NCBI GenBank assembly: GCA_964372275.1
Contig: CAYJRR010000024.1
Coordinates: 1-40,894, forward strand
Length of the DNA: 40,894 nt
Direction of reading: 5' to 3'
Source of the DNA: an uncultured bacterium
GTDB lineage: Bacteria; CAYJRR01
The notes beneath the pieces are model-generated. The model was given only the letters and a program-made list of their open reading frames with translations. It ran no database searches and was not told the origin of the DNA. Positions 20,011 through 28,319 of the stretch are shown here, in pieces (position 1 is the first letter of the stretch; every line of letters starts with the position of its first letter). Made by a program: the position numbers and the translations under genes.

Positions 20011-20042
20011 ACCGCGGGGGCGTCCAACGGTGGCGACGGAAC

Positions 20043-20110
20043 GCGTCCGGGGTCGCGGTCGCGGGAACGGGAACGGGAACGGGAACGGTCGCGACCGCGA
20101 CCCCGGACGC
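20043..20110. repeat. REP-like palindrome: 21-bp perfect inverted repeat around a (CGGGAA)4 loop
   Basis: GCGTCCGGGGTCGCGGTCGCG (20043-20063) / CGCGACCGCGACCCCGGACGC (20090-20110); CGGGAA x4 at 20062-20085; between convergent genes. Confidence 0.9.
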
Positions 20111-20118
20111 CGTCGACG

Positions 20119-20631
20119 TTACCGGCGCCCGTTGCGGCGCTTCTTCACCGCAGCACGGGCCAGCCGTCGCACGGGCCGCGCTCGCGGCCTGGCCGCCTTC
20201 TTCGCCTCGCCCGCCTTCGCCTCCCGCTTCACCTGGCGCACGACCGAGATCACTCCGAAGACGTTGGCGACCCGCTCGAGGAACTCCTGTTTGCGGAACG
20301 GCTTGATGACGTAGTCGTCGGCGCCGATCTCGGAGCCGCGGATCTGGTCCATCACGTCGGCGCGCGCGGTCAGGAAGATGAACGGCGTCTGGGCGAGCGC
20401 CTTTTCGGCGCGCACCCGCCAGCAGAACTCCCAGCCGTCCATCTCCGGCATCATGATGTCGGAGATGATCAGGTCCGGCCGAAACGAGAGCGCCTTCTCC
20501 AACGCCACCCGGCCGTTCGCGGCGTGCAGCGTCTGGTAGCCCTCGCTCTTCAGCAGCGATTCGACGATTCCGACGATGTCCTCGTCGTCGTCGACGACCA
20601 GCACCTTCCGCGCGGTTTTCTTCGGGCTCAT
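20119..20631 (-). CDS. Single-domain response regulator with basic C-terminal tail
   Basis: ATG 20631; KVLVVDDD...[14 protein letters not shown]...FLTA...[10 protein letters not shown]; Arg/Lys/Ala-rich tail. Confidence 0.92.
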   Translation of the reverse strand: MSPKKTARKVLVVDDDEDIVGIVESLLKSEGYQTLHAANGRVALEKALSFRPDLIISDIMMPEMDGWEFCWRVRAEKALAQTPFIFLTARADVMDQIRGSEIGADDYVIKPFRKQEFLERVANVFGVISVVRQVKREAKAGEAKKAARPRARPVRRLARAAVKKRRNGRR

Positions 20632-20691
20632 GAAGGCGGTAGAAGACTCTACCGAGGCGGGCGGAAGTCGGTCAACAATGGGGCCCCTTCC

Positions 20692-21765
20692 ATGGACGCC
20701 GTGACCGCCTCCAGCGCCCCTCGCCCTCTCTCCCGCGTAGCCGAACTGATCGGGGGAACGATCGTCGAGGGCCGGCCGGACCTGCCGATCGCGGCGCTCG
20801 CCGGGCTCGAGGACGCGGGGGACGGGGACCTCTCTTTCTTCGACGACCCGAAGTACCGGCGAGCCGCGCTTGCGACGAAGGCGAGCGCCCTCCTGGTGCG
20901 AGAACCGCTCGCCGGATTCCGCGGCGCCCAGGTGCGGGTGGCGATGCCCTACCTCTCCTTCATGCAGCTGGTGCCCGAGTTCTACCCGGCGCCGCCGCGC
21001 GCCGCCGGGAGGCACCCGACGGCGGTGATCGACCCGACGGCGAAGGTCGACCCGTCGGCGGCGATCGGCCCCTACGCCGTCGTGGAGGCCGGCGCGGAGA
21101 TCGGCTCTGGCGCCACGCTCCACGCGCACGCGCACGTGGGACGCGGAGCGGTCGTCGGCGAGGGCTCGGTCCTCTACCCGCACACCGTGGTTTGGGAGCG
21201 CTCGCGACTCGGGGCGCGGGTGATCGTGCACAGCGGAGCCGTGATCGGCGACGACGGCTTCGGCTACCGGCGCGACGAAAGCGGCCACCGCAAGATCCCC
21301 CACGTGGGCCACGTCGAGGTCGGCGACGACGTCGAGATCGGCTGCAACACCACCATCGACCGCGGCACCTTCGGTCGGACGCGGATCGGCGCCGGCACCA
21401 AGATCGACAACCTGGTGCAGATCGCCCACAACGTGCAGATCGGCGAGAAGGCGCTGATCGTCGCCCAGGCCGGTCTCGCCGGAAGCTCGCGCATCGGCAA
21501 CTTCGCCATCGTCGCCGGCCAGACCGGCATCGCCGACCACGCCGTCGTCGGCGACGGCGCCATCCTGATCGCCCAGAGCGGCGTCACCAAGCGTGCCAAG
21601 GGGGGCGAGGTCTACGGCGGCAGCCCGATCCTGCCCTACAAGACGTGGTTCAAGGTTCAGTCGGCGCTGAGGTTCCTGCCGAGGCTGCTGGGGAGGGTGC
21701 GCGCGATCGAGGAGAGGCTCGGGATTGCGATCGCTCCGGAGAAGAACGAAGAATCGGAGTCGTAG
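20692..21765 (+). CDS. lpxD: UDP-3-O-(3-hydroxyacyl)glucosamine N-acyltransferase
   Basis: GDLSFF N-terminal domain, hexapeptide repeats, [36 protein letters not shown]. Confidence 0.96.
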   Translation: MDAVTASSAPRPLSRVAELIGGTIVEGRPDLPIAALAGLEDAGDGDLSFFDDPKYRRAALATKASALLVREPLAGFRGAQVRVAMPYLSFMQLVPEFYPAPPRAAGRHPTAVIDPTAKVDPSAAIGPYAVVEAGAEIGSGATLHAHAHVGRGAVVGEGSVLYPHTVVWERSRLGARVIVHSGAVIGDDGFGYRRDESGHRKIPHVGHVEVGDDVEIGCNTTIDRGTFGRTRIGAGTKIDNLVQIAHNVQIGEKALIVAQAGLAGSSRIGNFAIVAGQTGIADHAVVGDGAILIAQSGVTKRAKGGEVYGGSPILPYKTWFKVQSALRFLPRLLGRVRAIEERLGIAIAPEKNEESES

Positions 21766-21814
21766 CCCGCGCGACATCGGTCCGAACCGCCGTTGCACGG
21801 TCGATCATGATCGC

Positions 21815-22071
21815 GCTCGCGTCCGGGGTCGCGGTCGCGACCGTGGCCGTTCCCGCGACGGCGTCCGAGGGATGACCCCTGCGACGTTCGCTTGGGAAGA
21901 GGACGGCGGCTTCGGCATCGGGCGTGACAGCGTCGGGGAGCGCGCGCTCCTCAATCTGTAGTCGCGGGCGCGCCCGATGCCGAAGCCGCCGTCCCAGGAT
22001 TCGAGCGGCTCCGTCCCAGGGGTCATCCCTCGGGAACGGTCTCGGACGCGACCGCGCTCGCGGACGCGAGC
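21815..22071. repeat. ~257-bp nested inverted-repeat element (long hairpin) related to the 20043 palindrome
   Basis: Paired arms 21815-21825/22061-22071, 21830-21839/22047-22056, 21847-21855/22031-22039, 21865-21881/22017-22033 (17 bp), 21901-21924/21971-21994 (24 bp). 21819-21844 is identical to the reverse complement of 20085-20110. Confidence 0.9.
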
Positions 22072-22127
22072 ACTCCGCCGAAGCGATCACTTCGCGGTAC
22101 TCCGCCGTCGGACGATTCCGTGTCGCG

Positions 22128-22874
22128 CTACTCGCCCAGCGCTTCCCGCAGCTCGGCCTTGGTGATCACGCCCTTCCGAAGCAGCACCGTGACCAGCGCC
22201 TTCAGCTCCGCCCCCACCGCGGCGCCGTCCAGCTCCGCGGCGCGGGTGGTGGTCATCTTGCGGGTCTTGCGGCGGGCGAAGGAGGGGAGGTCGTCGGCGG
22301 TCGGCTCGTCGTCGGCGCCGGGATCGGTCGGGGCTTCGACGTCGCGCTCGTCCCCCTGGTGCACGATCGTCATCCGGCGATCGGCGGTTCCTCGGGCGTG
22401 GAGCGGAGCGCTACCCGACACGGCGGCGCCGTAGTACTTGCGCATCGCCTCGGCGATCCCGGTGATCGTCGAGAGGACCGTCCGGACGTTCATCCCGGTG
22501 ACGAACTTGATCTGGTCGATCGCGTCCAGGTTGAGGGGATCGGCCATCGCCACGATCAGGGTGCGCCGCCCTCCCCCCTTGCTCTCCACCGCGATCGGCA
22601 CGAAGTCGAACTTCTCCGCCAGGCGCGCCGGGACGAGCTTGATGACGTCGGGCGAGACGCGGATGTGCGAGATGTCGACGATCGGGAGCTTCAGCGTGCT
22701 CCCGAGGACGCGCATCAGCATCTCCTCGGTGAGGAACCCCTTGGCGACGAGCGCCGTCCCGAGACGCTGCCTCCAGGTGCGCTGGTGCTGCAGCGCGGCC
22801 TGGAGCTGCGCCTCGTTGATGATCCCCGCCTCCTTCAGGATCTCGCCGAGCCGCTTTTTCGTCCGTTCAGGCAA
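22128..22874 (-). CDS. Stand-alone MshEN (GSPII_N/T2SSE_N) domain protein, predicted c-di-GMP receptor
   Basis: Tandem motif RLGEILKEAGIINEAQLQAALQHQ-x5-RLGTALVAKGFLTEEML; VAMADPLNLDAIDQIKF; no ATPase domain. Confidence 0.9.
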   Translation of the reverse strand: MPERTKKRLGEILKEAGIINEAQLQAALQHQRTWRQRLGTALVAKGFLTEEMLMRVLGSTLKLPIVDISHIRVSPDVIKLVPARLAEKFDFVPIAVESKGGGRRTLIVAMADPLNLDAIDQIKFVTGMNVRTVLSTITGIAEAMRKYYGAAVSGSAPLHARGTADRRMTIVHQGDERDVEAPTDPGADDEPTADDLPSFARRKTRKMTTTRAAELDGAAVGAELKALVTVLLRKGVITKAELREALGE

Positions 22875-23907
22875 GTTCCACCCGGTTGCGGCCGGCCCCT
22901 TTGGCGCGGAACAGCGCGGCGTCGGCGCGCGCCAACACGTCTCGCGAGGTGCGGCCGTCCTGCGGAAAGCAACCGATTCCGACCGAGACGGTCAGCCTTC
23001 CGAGCGGCTGCGACTCCTCCCCCGGGAACTCCGCCTTCTCGATGAAGCCGCGGATCTTCTCCGCCACCTGCGCGCCGTGCTCCTTCGGCGTCTGCGGGAG
23101 GACGATGACGAACTCCTCGCCGCCGTAACGCGCCACGGTGTCGACCTCGCGCACGTTCTCCACCAGGAGGAACGCCACCCGTTTCAGGACCTCGTCGCCG
23201 CGCGGGTGGCCGTGGGTGTCGTTGTAGACCTTGAAGTGGTCGACGTCGATCACGCACAGCGACACCGGGATCCCGAAACGTTCGGCGCGCGCGACCTCCT
23301 GCTCGAACTTCTCCTGGAAGAAACGGTGGTTGTAGAGGCCGGTCAGGCCGTCGGTGACCGCGAGCTGCTTGAGCTTCTCGTTGGCCTCTTCGTATTCGCG
23401 CGTCCGCTCGCGCACCCGCCGCTCCAGCTCCTCGTTCTTCCGCTGGAGCTCGACCAGGAGCCGGCGGTTCTCGGCCCCCAGCCGGTAGGCCTCCAGCGCG
23501 CGGCGGATCCAGGTCCCGAGCTCGCGCGAGTCCCAGGGCTTGGTGACGTAGTGGTAGATGTGCCCCTTGTTGACGGCGTCGATCAGCGCGCCGACGTCGG
23601 CGTAGCCGGTGAGCACCATCGTCAACATGTGCGGCCGCAGGCGGGTCGCCTTCTCCAGGAACTCGACGCCGGTCATCTCCGGCATCCGCTGGTCGGTGAT
23701 CACCAGCGCCACGTCCTCGCGCTCCACGATCTCCAGCGCCTTCTTGCCGGAGGTGGCCCGCAGGATGGTGAACTCGGAGCGGAAGTTGAGCTCGAAGGCG
23801 TCGAGGTTCTCCGGCTCGTCGTCGACGATCAGCACCGGGAGCCCCTTGAGGTCGTCCGAGCGCTCGTCGGCTCGGGTCCAGCTTTTCGTCGCGGCGGCGG
23901 TCGACAC
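22867..23907 (-). CDS. Response-regulator diguanylate cyclase (REC-coiled coil-GGDEF)
   Basis: REC with TDQRMP/TKPW; TDGLTGLYN; DVDHFKVYNDTHGHPRGD; I-site REVD; intact GGEEF. Start placed at GTG 23907. Confidence 0.95.
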   Translation of the reverse strand: MSTAAATKSWTRADERSDDLKGLPVLIVDDEPENLDAFELNFRSEFTILRATSGKKALEIVEREDVALVITDQRMPEMTGVEFLEKATRLRPHMLTMVLTGYADVGALIDAVNKGHIYHYVTKPWDSRELGTWIRRALEAYRLGAENRRLLVELQRKNEELERRVRERTREYEEANEKLKQLAVTDGLTGLYNHRFFQEKFEQEVARAERFGIPVSLCVIDVDHFKVYNDTHGHPRGDEVLKRVAFLLVENVREVDTVARYGGEEFVIVLPQTPKEHGAQVAEKIRGFIEKAEFPGEESQPLGRLTVSVGIGCFPQDGRTSRDVLARADAALFRAKGAGRNRVELA

Positions 23908-24049
23908 GGGCGGCTTTCGGGGTCCCGGCCGGCCCCTAGCCCGGAGTTCCCTCGCCGGGAACGTAGCATGCGCCCGCACCCGCAACAATCGGGTGGAGGT
24001 CGGGGGGCTGGCCCGATCGTCTCGCGAGGTGATATGTCCCGCGACCGGG

Positions 24050-24883
24050 ATGACACGGGCCGCCGACGGACGGATGACGCCGGTCGAGGCGCTGGCGGAG
24101 GCCGAGGCCGCGGCGCGCGACGCCGGGCGCCTTCTCGCCGGATCGTTCGGGCGCCGCGACCTCCGCGTCGAACTCAAGGGGCGGATCGACCTGGTCACCG
24201 AGATGGACCGCCGCGCGGAGGAGACGATCGTACGGCGGCTGCGTGCCGCCCGCCCGGGGGCGGCGATCCTCGCCGAGGAGAGCGGCACGATCGAAGGGAG
24301 GGGCGGCGCCTCCGGCGGCCACGGGACGTGGATCGTCGATCCGCTGGACGGAACGACCAACTACGCCCACGGCCATCCGCAGTGGTGCGTTTCGATCGCG
24401 TACGCCGACGGAGGGCGGGTTCTCGCCGGGTGCGTCTTCGATCCGCTGCGCGACGAGATGTTCGCCGCGGCGGAGGGGGCGGGGGCGCGCCTCAACGGTG
24501 CGCCGATCCGCGTCTCGGAGATCGTGGCGATCGAGGGCTCGCTCCTGGCGACCGGATTCCCCTACGACCGGCGCGAGCGCGCCGACCACTACCTCTCTTT
24601 CTACAAGGCGGCGATGTGCGCCGCCCAGGGCGTACGCCGAGCCGGATCGGCGGCGCTCGACCTGGCCTGGACCGCGGCCGGCCGCCACGACGGCTTCTTC
24701 GAGTTCAAGCTCAAGGCCTGGGACATCGCCGCCGGCGAGCTCCTGGTGCGCGAAGCGGGGGGCCGAGTCAGCGACGTCTCCGGGGGGCCGCTCCATCTCG
24801 ACGGAGGGGAGACGGTCGCCACGAACGGCCGACTTCACGACGAGCTGCTCCGGCTCCTCCGCGACGCATGGCCCTCGTCGTGA
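24050..24883 (+). CDS. suhB: Inositol monophosphatase family protein
   Basis: DLVTEMD, ILAEE, WIVDPLDGTTNY, RRAGSAALDL, WDIAAG. Start ATG 24050 or 24074. Confidence 0.92.
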   Translation: MTRAADGRMTPVEALAEAEAAARDAGRLLAGSFGRRDLRVELKGRIDLVTEMDRRAEETIVRRLRAARPGAAILAEESGTIEGRGGASGGHGTWIVDPLDGTTNYAHGHPQWCVSIAYADGGRVLAGCVFDPLRDEMFAAAEGAGARLNGAPIRVSEIVAIEGSLLATGFPYDRRERADHYLSFYKAAMCAAQGVRRAGSAALDLAWTAAGRHDGFFEFKLKAWDIAAGELLVREAGGRVSDVSGGPLHLDGGETVATNGRLHDELLRLLRDAWPSS

Positions 24884-24908
24884 CCGCGCGAACGTCGACG
24901 AAGGACGT

Positions 24909-25538
24909 CTACGGAAGTCGGACCCGGAACGGCTTGCGCGCGATCGCCTTCTTCCCGCCGACGCGATCCTTGAGCGTCACCTCGGCGATGAAGTCCCCTT
25001 CCTGCACACCGGGGAGCGCCAGGCGCAGCACGAACTGGATCTCGCGGTTCGGCCGCCGGCTCTCGACGGCGCTGACCAGGAAGTCGTCCTGACGCTGCAA
25101 CGGGGTTCCGGCGGCGTCGAGGACCGCGAGATCGGCGGCGAGGTCGATGGCGTACCGGTCGCCGTCCCGACCGCGCTTGAACCCGACCGGCTCGAAGTAG
25201 AGGAGGAGCGGCTCGTCGGGCCGGATCGTGCCGCTCGCGCGCGGGTCGTAGAGGCCGTATCCGCGAACCGAGTCTTCGACCAGGGCGAGCGAGACGATCC
25301 GCAGCGGACCGGCCTCCTCGACCTGGCGCGCCGCCTCGGCCAGCGCATCCGACGCCGCCGAGAGGTCGCCGGCCGCGACCGCCGTTCGCGCCCGCTCGAC
25401 CGCCTCCGACCCCGGTCCCGACGGGGCGGCCGGGGTGTCACCGCGGCCGGAGCAGCCCACGCTCGCCGCGCCGGTCACGGCGATCGAGACGAGCGCGGCC
25501 CGCAACGCGTTCTGGAGAGGAGTCGTCTCGCGCGTCAT
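24909..25538 (-). CDS. Hypothetical lipoprotein
   Basis: ATG 25538 after GGAGAAAGG; lipobox-like ASVGC; Ig-like beta-sandwich pattern (GYGLY...LLLYFEPVGF...EVTLKD); extended -10 TGGTATAGT at 25581-25589. Confidence 0.75.
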   Translation of the reverse strand: MTRETTPLQNALRAALVSIAVTGAASVGCSGRGDTPAAPSGPGSEAVERARTAVAAGDLSAASDALAEAARQVEEAGPLRIVSLALVEDSVRGYGLYDPRASGTIRPDEPLLLYFEPVGFKRGRDGDRYAIDLAADLAVLDAAGTPLQRQDDFLVSAVESRRPNREIQFVLRLALPGVQEGDFIAEVTLKDRVGGKKAIARKPFRVRLP

Positions 25539-25618
25539 GCCTTTCTCCGGGGAGTTCGACGACACCGGATCGGACGGCGGACTATACCAGAGCCGCGCGA
25601 TCGGCCGGACCGGCCGCG

Positions 25619-26512
25619 TCAGCGAAGCGGGATGTGGCGGAGCTCCGCGGCGAGGTCGAGGAGCGCCGCCTCCGCCGCGTGGCCACGCCGCCAGACCAAC
25701 CGGAACCGGTCTGCCGGCAACCGCGTCCCGGTGAGGACCGGCACCAGCCGCTTCCGCATCAGGTCCTCCCGAACGAAGTACGCCGGCAACACCGCGACGC
25801 CGGCGCCGTCGAGCACGCGGGCCCGGATCGCGGCGATCGCGCCGAGGAACCGGACGCGGCCGAACGCCCATCGCTCGGCACGCGGAACGGCGTCCAGGAA
25901 GTAGCGGAACAGGGGGAGGTCGCGATCGACGTCGAGAAGCGTATGCGCGGCGGCCTGCTCGGCGCGTTCCAGCGGTTGCCGGACCAGGATCTCGCGGCGG
26001 GCGACGAAGACGTACCGTTCCTCGTGCAGCGGCGCGAAACGCAGGTCGGCCTGGGTGAGTCGGGCGCTGGTGATGGCGGCGTCGATCCGTTCGCCCCGGA
26101 CGCGCGAGATCAGGTCGGGACTGTCGCCGAAGGAAAGGTGGATCGTCCTCTCCGGGCGCCGCCGGGATAGGCGCTCCAACGACGGAACCAACCAGGAGAG
26201 TCCGAGCTCGAAGCGCGTGCCGACCGTCAATTCGAACGGCGCCGCGGCGCCGTCGGACCCGGCGAGCGCCGACAAGCCGGCGGCCTCCTCCAGGATCTTC
26301 CGTGCGCGTGGCAGCAGGCGCGCCCCCGCTTCGGTGAGGGCGACGCGGCGGGTGCTCCGCTCGAACAACCGATGCGCCACCGATGCTTCGAGGCGGCGGA
26401 TCCGGTCTCCGAACGCGGGGGGCGAGAGCGCGACGGCCTGCGCGGCCCGCCGGAAGTTGCGGTGCTCCGCGGCGGCGGCGAAGCAGCGGAGCGACTCGAG
26501 ATCCGGGAGCAC
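25619..26512 (-). CDS. LysR family transcriptional regulator
   Basis: MLPDLESLRCFAAAAEHRNFRRAAQAVALSPPAFGDRIRRLE...LFERSTRRVALTEAG helix-turn-helix. GTG 26512 preferred over TTG 26542. Confidence 0.95.
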   Translation of the reverse strand: MLPDLESLRCFAAAAEHRNFRRAAQAVALSPPAFGDRIRRLEASVAHRLFERSTRRVALTEAGARLLPRARKILEEAAGLSALAGSDGAAAPFELTVGTRFELGLSWLVPSLERLSRRRPERTIHLSFGDSPDLISRVRGERIDAAITSARLTQADLRFAPLHEERYVFVARREILVRQPLERAEQAAAHTLLDVDRDLPLFRYFLDAVPRAERWAFGRVRFLGAIAAIRARVLDGAGVAVLPAYFVREDLMRKRLVPVLTGTRLPADRFRLVWRRGHAAEAALLDLAAELRHIPLR

Positions 26513-26518
26513 GCTCCC

Positions 26519-26591
26519 AGTATGTTCTGAAAATACGATCAATCAAGTTCTGAAAAGACGGATTTACGGAAGAGAGCTCCGGCCCTATCGT
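26519..26591. promoter_or_regulatory. Divergent LysR / cytochrome c control region
   Basis: AT-rich. + strand TTTACG-N17-TATCGT (26563-26591); - strand CATACT 6 nt before the LysR GTG; direct repeat GTTCTGAAAA(T/G)ACG at 26524 and 26547. Confidence 0.6.
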
Positions 26592-26615
26592 GGTGGACGG
26601 GTTCTGGAGGAGACG

Positions 26616-27056
26616 ATGACGCGAACGGTGACGGTCGGAACGGCGGTGATGCTCCTCGCCTTCGGCGCGGGCTGTGGCGAGGGAGCGGACGGAGGCGATG
26701 ACGCCGCCACCCTGGAAAGGGTCGGCTACGCGGCGACGATCCAGCCCATCTGGGACGCGCACTGCGTGTCCTGCCATCGCGCAGGCGCCGATCTCGACCT
26801 GGAGAGCGCCGGCTCGCGGGAGCGCATCCTGGCGGAGACGGGGACCTGCCTCGAGGACGGCGAGGTGGTCGAGAAACCGCTGGTCGTCCCGGGGGACCCC
26901 GGCGCGAGCGTCCTCTGGCGCAAGCTGGCCAACGAGCTCGACGGCTTCGCCTACAACCGGGAGATGCCCCCGAACGGCCTCGGAGGGCTCCGGGAGGAGG
27001 ACCCGGAGGCGTTCGCCGCGGTCGAGGCCTGGATCGCGGGCGGCGCGCCCGAGTGA
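26616..27056 (+). CDS. Monoheme c-type cytochrome lipoprotein (planctomycete cytochrome C-like domain)
   Basis: ATG after GGAGGAG; lipobox FGAGC; IQPIWDAHCVSCH; VVPGDPGASVLWRKL; MPP distal Met; WIAGGA. Confidence 0.85.
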   Translation: MTRTVTVGTAVMLLAFGAGCGEGADGGDDAATLERVGYAATIQPIWDAHCVSCHRAGADLDLESAGSRERILAETGTCLEDGEVVEKPLVVPGDPGASVLWRKLANELDGFAYNREMPPNGLGGLREEDPEAFAAVEAWIAGGAPE

Positions 27057-27080
27057 GGAACGCCGGCGCGTGGCGCCGGG

Positions 27081-28319
27081 TCACCCGCCGTGGACGGCGG
27101 CGACGCGCTGCAACAGGACGGCGGTGACGAGACCGCCGTAGGTGCCGAGCACGTACCCGAGGATCGCCAGCAGGACTCCGACCGGCGCCAAGGCCGGGTG
27201 GAACGCCGCGGCGACGACGGGGGCGGAGGCGGCGCCTCCGATGTTCGCCTGCGAGCCGACGGCGGCGAAGAAGATCGGCGCGCGCAGCCAGCGGCGCACG
27301 GCCAGGACGACGGCGCCGTGGATCGCGATCCACAGCAAGCCGATCGCGAGCAACGGCAGGTTCTCCGTGATCCGGTCGAACCGCGCCCCGGCGCCGATCG
27401 ACGCCACCAGCAGGTAGAGGAAGACCGAGCCGATCTTGCTCGCGCCGGCCCCCTCCAGCCGGCGGGCCGGCGTGAACGAGAGCGCCAGCCCGGCCGCGGT
27501 GGCGATCGAGACGACCCAGGTGAACCGGTTCACGATCGTGCCGATCTCGGGAAGAAGGTCGGCGAGGGCGTGGGCGACGACGGTCGCGCCGAAGCCGATC
27601 GCCGCGATCTGCAGGAGGTCGGGAAGGGTGGACGGCCGGACGAGCGCGAGCTGGTATCGTTCGACACGCTCCCGGACCGCATCCAGCCGGGAGCGATCGG
27701 CCCCGATCGCGGCGTCCATCTTCGCCTCCCGCCCGGAGAACCAGAGGAGCACCGCCATCCAGAGGTTCGCCGCGGCGACGTCGACCACCACCATCAGCGC
27801 CAGGATCGTGTCGCTCGCGCCGACGCTCTCGCCCACCGCGACGAAGTTCGCGCCGCCGCCGATCCAGGATCCGGACAGCGCCGCCAGGCCCTTCCAGGCC
27901 TCGGCGACCGCCGCGTCGGGGATCGCCCAGCCGAGCGCCAGGAAGGCCAATGGACCGCCGATCACCACGCTGGCCGTCCCGGCCAGGAACAGGACCACCG
28001 CGTCGCGCCCGAGGGACAGGACGGCGGGGATGTCGGTGGCGAGCACCATCAGCACCAGGCTTGCCGGGAGGAGGTAGCTCTTGACGAACGAGAAGAGCGG
28101 CGACGCGCTCGGGATCACGCCGACGTTCGACAGGAGCGCCGGCACGAAGTAGCAGAAGACGAGCAGCGGGACGGCGCGGAAGAGGCGCCCCCCGGGTCCG
28201 GTACGCTCGGCACCGAACAGCGCCGCGAGCACCGCGAGCAGGACGGCGAGAACCGCCATGGGCTGCTCGATCCACGCCGTCGCCGGCGCGCTCGCGGCCG
28301 CGGCCCCGGCGACGCTCAC
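27081..28319 (-). CDS. DUF819 family integral membrane protein
   Basis: About 10 TM segments; LSGSWIGGGANFVAV and GSQANIGGAASAPVVA...GYVLGTY motifs. Confidence 0.9.
   Translation of the reverse strand: MSVAGAAAASAPATAWIEQPMAVLAVLLAVLAALFGAERTGPGGRLFRAVPLLVFCYFVPALLSNVGVIPSASPLFSFVKSYLLPASLVLMVLATDIPAVLSLGRDAVVLFLAGTASVVIGGPLAFLALGWAIPDAAVAEAWKGLAALSGSWIGGGANFVAVGESVGASDTILALMVVVDVAAANLWMAVLLWFSGREAKMDAAIGADRSRLDAVRERVERYQLALVRPSTLPDLLQIAAIGFGATVVAHALADLLPEIGTIVNRFTWVVSIATAAGLALSFTPARRLEGAGASKIGSVFLYLLVASIGAGARFDRITENLPLLAIGLLWIAIHGAVVLAVRRWLRAPIFFAAVGSQANIGGAASAPVVAAAFHPALAPVGVLLAILGYVLGTYGGLVTAVLLQRVAAVHGG

Noticed and set aside
20062..20085. CRISPR array or coding repeat (GNGNGN ORF 20030-20314)
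   Set aside because: Only four 6-nt units with no spacers and no cas genes; the small ORF overlaps the receiver gene antisense.
20043..22071. Composite transposon formed by the two related palindromes around the receiver gene and lpxD
   Set aside because: No transposase, no evident target-site duplication, and the cargo is a core gene with normal composition. Independent REP-like insertions are a simpler explanation.
21725..22165. Small ORFs within the long hairpin (both strands contain DGGFGIGR)
   Set aside because: The shared peptide is just a consequence of the 24-bp inverted repeat; no RBS or codon-bias support.
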